DNA of 64,000 nt from Sphaerodactylus townsendi (lineage: Eukaryota): the NCBI RefSeq assembly GCF_021028975.2, contig NC_059427.1:124806001-124870000 (forward strand). Direction: 5' to 3'. The notes beneath the pieces were generated by a model. The model saw only the letters and a list, made by a program, of their open reading frames with translations. It did no database searches and was not told the DNA's origin. Positions 62,333 to 64,000 of the stretch are shown piece by piece. How positions within the stretch are numbered: the stretch's first letter is position 1; each line of letters begins with the position of its first letter. The translations under genes were made by a program, and so were the position numbers.

Positions 62333-62452
62333 TTGAAAAAATCAATTTGTCACATCTTTATGCTTGTTCTTAGATGCAGCTCGTGGGAATGAGATGGTGC
62401 AAGAGGACCAGATAGTAAAGGAATCTCTCTGAGGAAAGGTATCACAAGCCCT

Positions 62453-63270
62453 TCATCTCTTCCCACCTGAAACACAAGTACAGACAAGTACAGGCTCTGT
62501 AATATTCTCTTGCAGTGGGGTTTTCATACTGTTTAGCTTCCAAGAGTATCCCCAACATCATATACTGTCAAACTGAAATCTAGACCATACTTTCAAGTAT
62601 TGCTGGGCACCAATGGGTGAGACCACAGCTGTAGTCTTTACATGGAGTAACATATATACCATTTTAGACAGAGATATTGAAAAAAAGAAAAAAATCAGTC
62701 AGTCAGTTATAATGAATTCCCCCCTCCCTACCAAATAATATTAAGCCAAAGCAAAACCTATCCTTCAGGGGAATTTCCCCCCTTGATTTTCTAGAACATG
62801 TTCTCCCTTTCCCACATTTAATCTCTACTTTGGCAACTTCCAGTTCCTCAGAGAAAGGAATGAAAGTCAGCCCATAAAATCTACGGAAAACAATACTCCT
62901 CTGACCCCACTGGGCCTATCATATAGCAGCCTGTTTTTCCTGTACTTTTCATGTCTTTGAACAAAGCAGGGTATAGTTCAAAAACTCCTATGTGCAGCAC
63001 CAGACTGCAACTCAGGTTCCCTCTTTCCTAGGGAAGTCTTTGCTAGGTGAGCATCTCACACGTCAGCAGATACCTGGCAGCTTCAGCCACTTTGGCACTT
63101 TTCCAGATGCAGTTCTCCTTGCTGGTGGCTGTGGCACTTCAAGGGCTGCTGCTGCTGGCGCTTTGTGCTCCGTAGCTGCACTTTCCTCAACTTCATCTGG
63201 CACAGGCAGGGGATCAAAACCAGATTCTGGACTTGATGGAGAAGTAGGAGCTGCTGATTTGGACAAATAT
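62453..63270 (-). CDS. ASPSCR1: ASPSCR1/TUG, last two coding exons (partial; gene continues beyond the window)
   Basis: Exon 63074-63270 (YLSKSAAP...SGKVPKWLKLP) and terminal exon 62453-62466 giving GGKR*, cf. human GKVPKWLKLPASKR; expected neighbour of CENPX. Confidence 0.88.
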
Positions 63271-63547
63271 CTGGCAGGAAAATGTAAACATTAGGTATTT
63301 GTGTCGGTCTTCATTGGCCGCTCCTCTGTTTTCCATTGAAAACTCCAAGGTCTATACACTGTATATGAGAACACTTTCCAGGCCCTTCTGAATTTTGGCA
63401 GTTTGGGAGCTTCTCTCCATTCAGAGGGGATTTACAAAGTTGTGAGATTGCATACGCAAGCAAGCTTTGTCAATTTCTGGAAGACTCTTCAAAATTAAAC
63501 AAACCCAATAATCCATACAGAAGGCATGACTGGTAATGTCTACTTAC

Positions 63548-63616
63548 CCTGGCCACTAAGAGGTTAGAAACACAGGGGGAGCCTACAGGTTGGCAGGTCC
63601 GATCTCAGATAGTGAT
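63548..63616 (-). pseudogene. Frameshifted ASPSCR1-like exon (third-from-last exon homologue)
   Basis: 69 nt between TTTTTCAG and GTAAGT; 5' frame HYLRSDL, 3' frame SPCVSNLLVAR; the 5' frame runs into TAA. Confidence 0.62.
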
Positions 63617-63864
63617 CTGAAAAACACACACTCACCAATTTAAGTTCATGCTTTGTAAATAAAGCAAGAAACTCTCCTGCCGCATCTGCATCAGAGTGAA
63701 GCCTGAGGATGTTCCTCTGTTTTTGAAGTGACTAATGACCTCCCAAGCCAGACTAAACCCCCTCAGCCCCTCCAAAGCTGGGAATTCCTCATCTAAACTT
63801 CTGATAGTATGGATGTTAGAACACCCAACAGTCTGTCTCAAACCCTATTCCATGGGCTGATCAA

Positions 63865-64000
63865 ATCAAGATTATGTTTGGAGAGGAAACGTCTGAGGGG
63901 GATATGATTGAAGTCTATAAAATGATGCATGGGGTAGAAAACGTTGACAGAGAGAAATTTCTCTCTCTTTCTCACAATACTAAAACCAGAGGACACACAT
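63865..64000 (+). mobile_element. CR1 LINE ORF2 3' fragment, runs off the window
   Basis: Encodes LERKRLRGDMIEVYKMMHGVENVDREKFLSLSHNTKTRGH, a CR1 C-terminal motif. Confidence 0.85.

Overview
Vertebrate genomic DNA, most likely a gecko (inferred from the Squam3/Sauria-type SINEs). It holds the conserved amniote block DCXR(+)-RAC3(-)-LRRC45(-)-CENPX(+)-ASPSCR1(-, 3' end only), with the same order and orientation as human 17q25.3 from recall. I traced all coding exons by hand with GT-AG junctions and consistent phases: DCXR 243 aa, RAC3 192 aa, LRRC45 671 aa, CENPX 82 aa. The standout is an extra intronless, intact 14-3-3-gamma-like gene (902-1648, -). Its phosphopeptide groove is remodelled (K49 and R56 equivalents lost), and a 9-unit nGAAn heat-shock-element array (1744-1789) sits about 100-140 bp upstream of its ATG, making it a candidate HSF-driven, phospho-independent 14-3-3. 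Other points: a frameshifted ASPSCR1 exon, a ~185-bp-arm foldback and a young sense-oriented Rex1 LINE in LRRC45 introns, a ZNF143-type LRRC45/CENPX bidirectional promoter, and many MITEs with visible TIRs/TSDs. All homology calls come from recalled sequences, not database searches.
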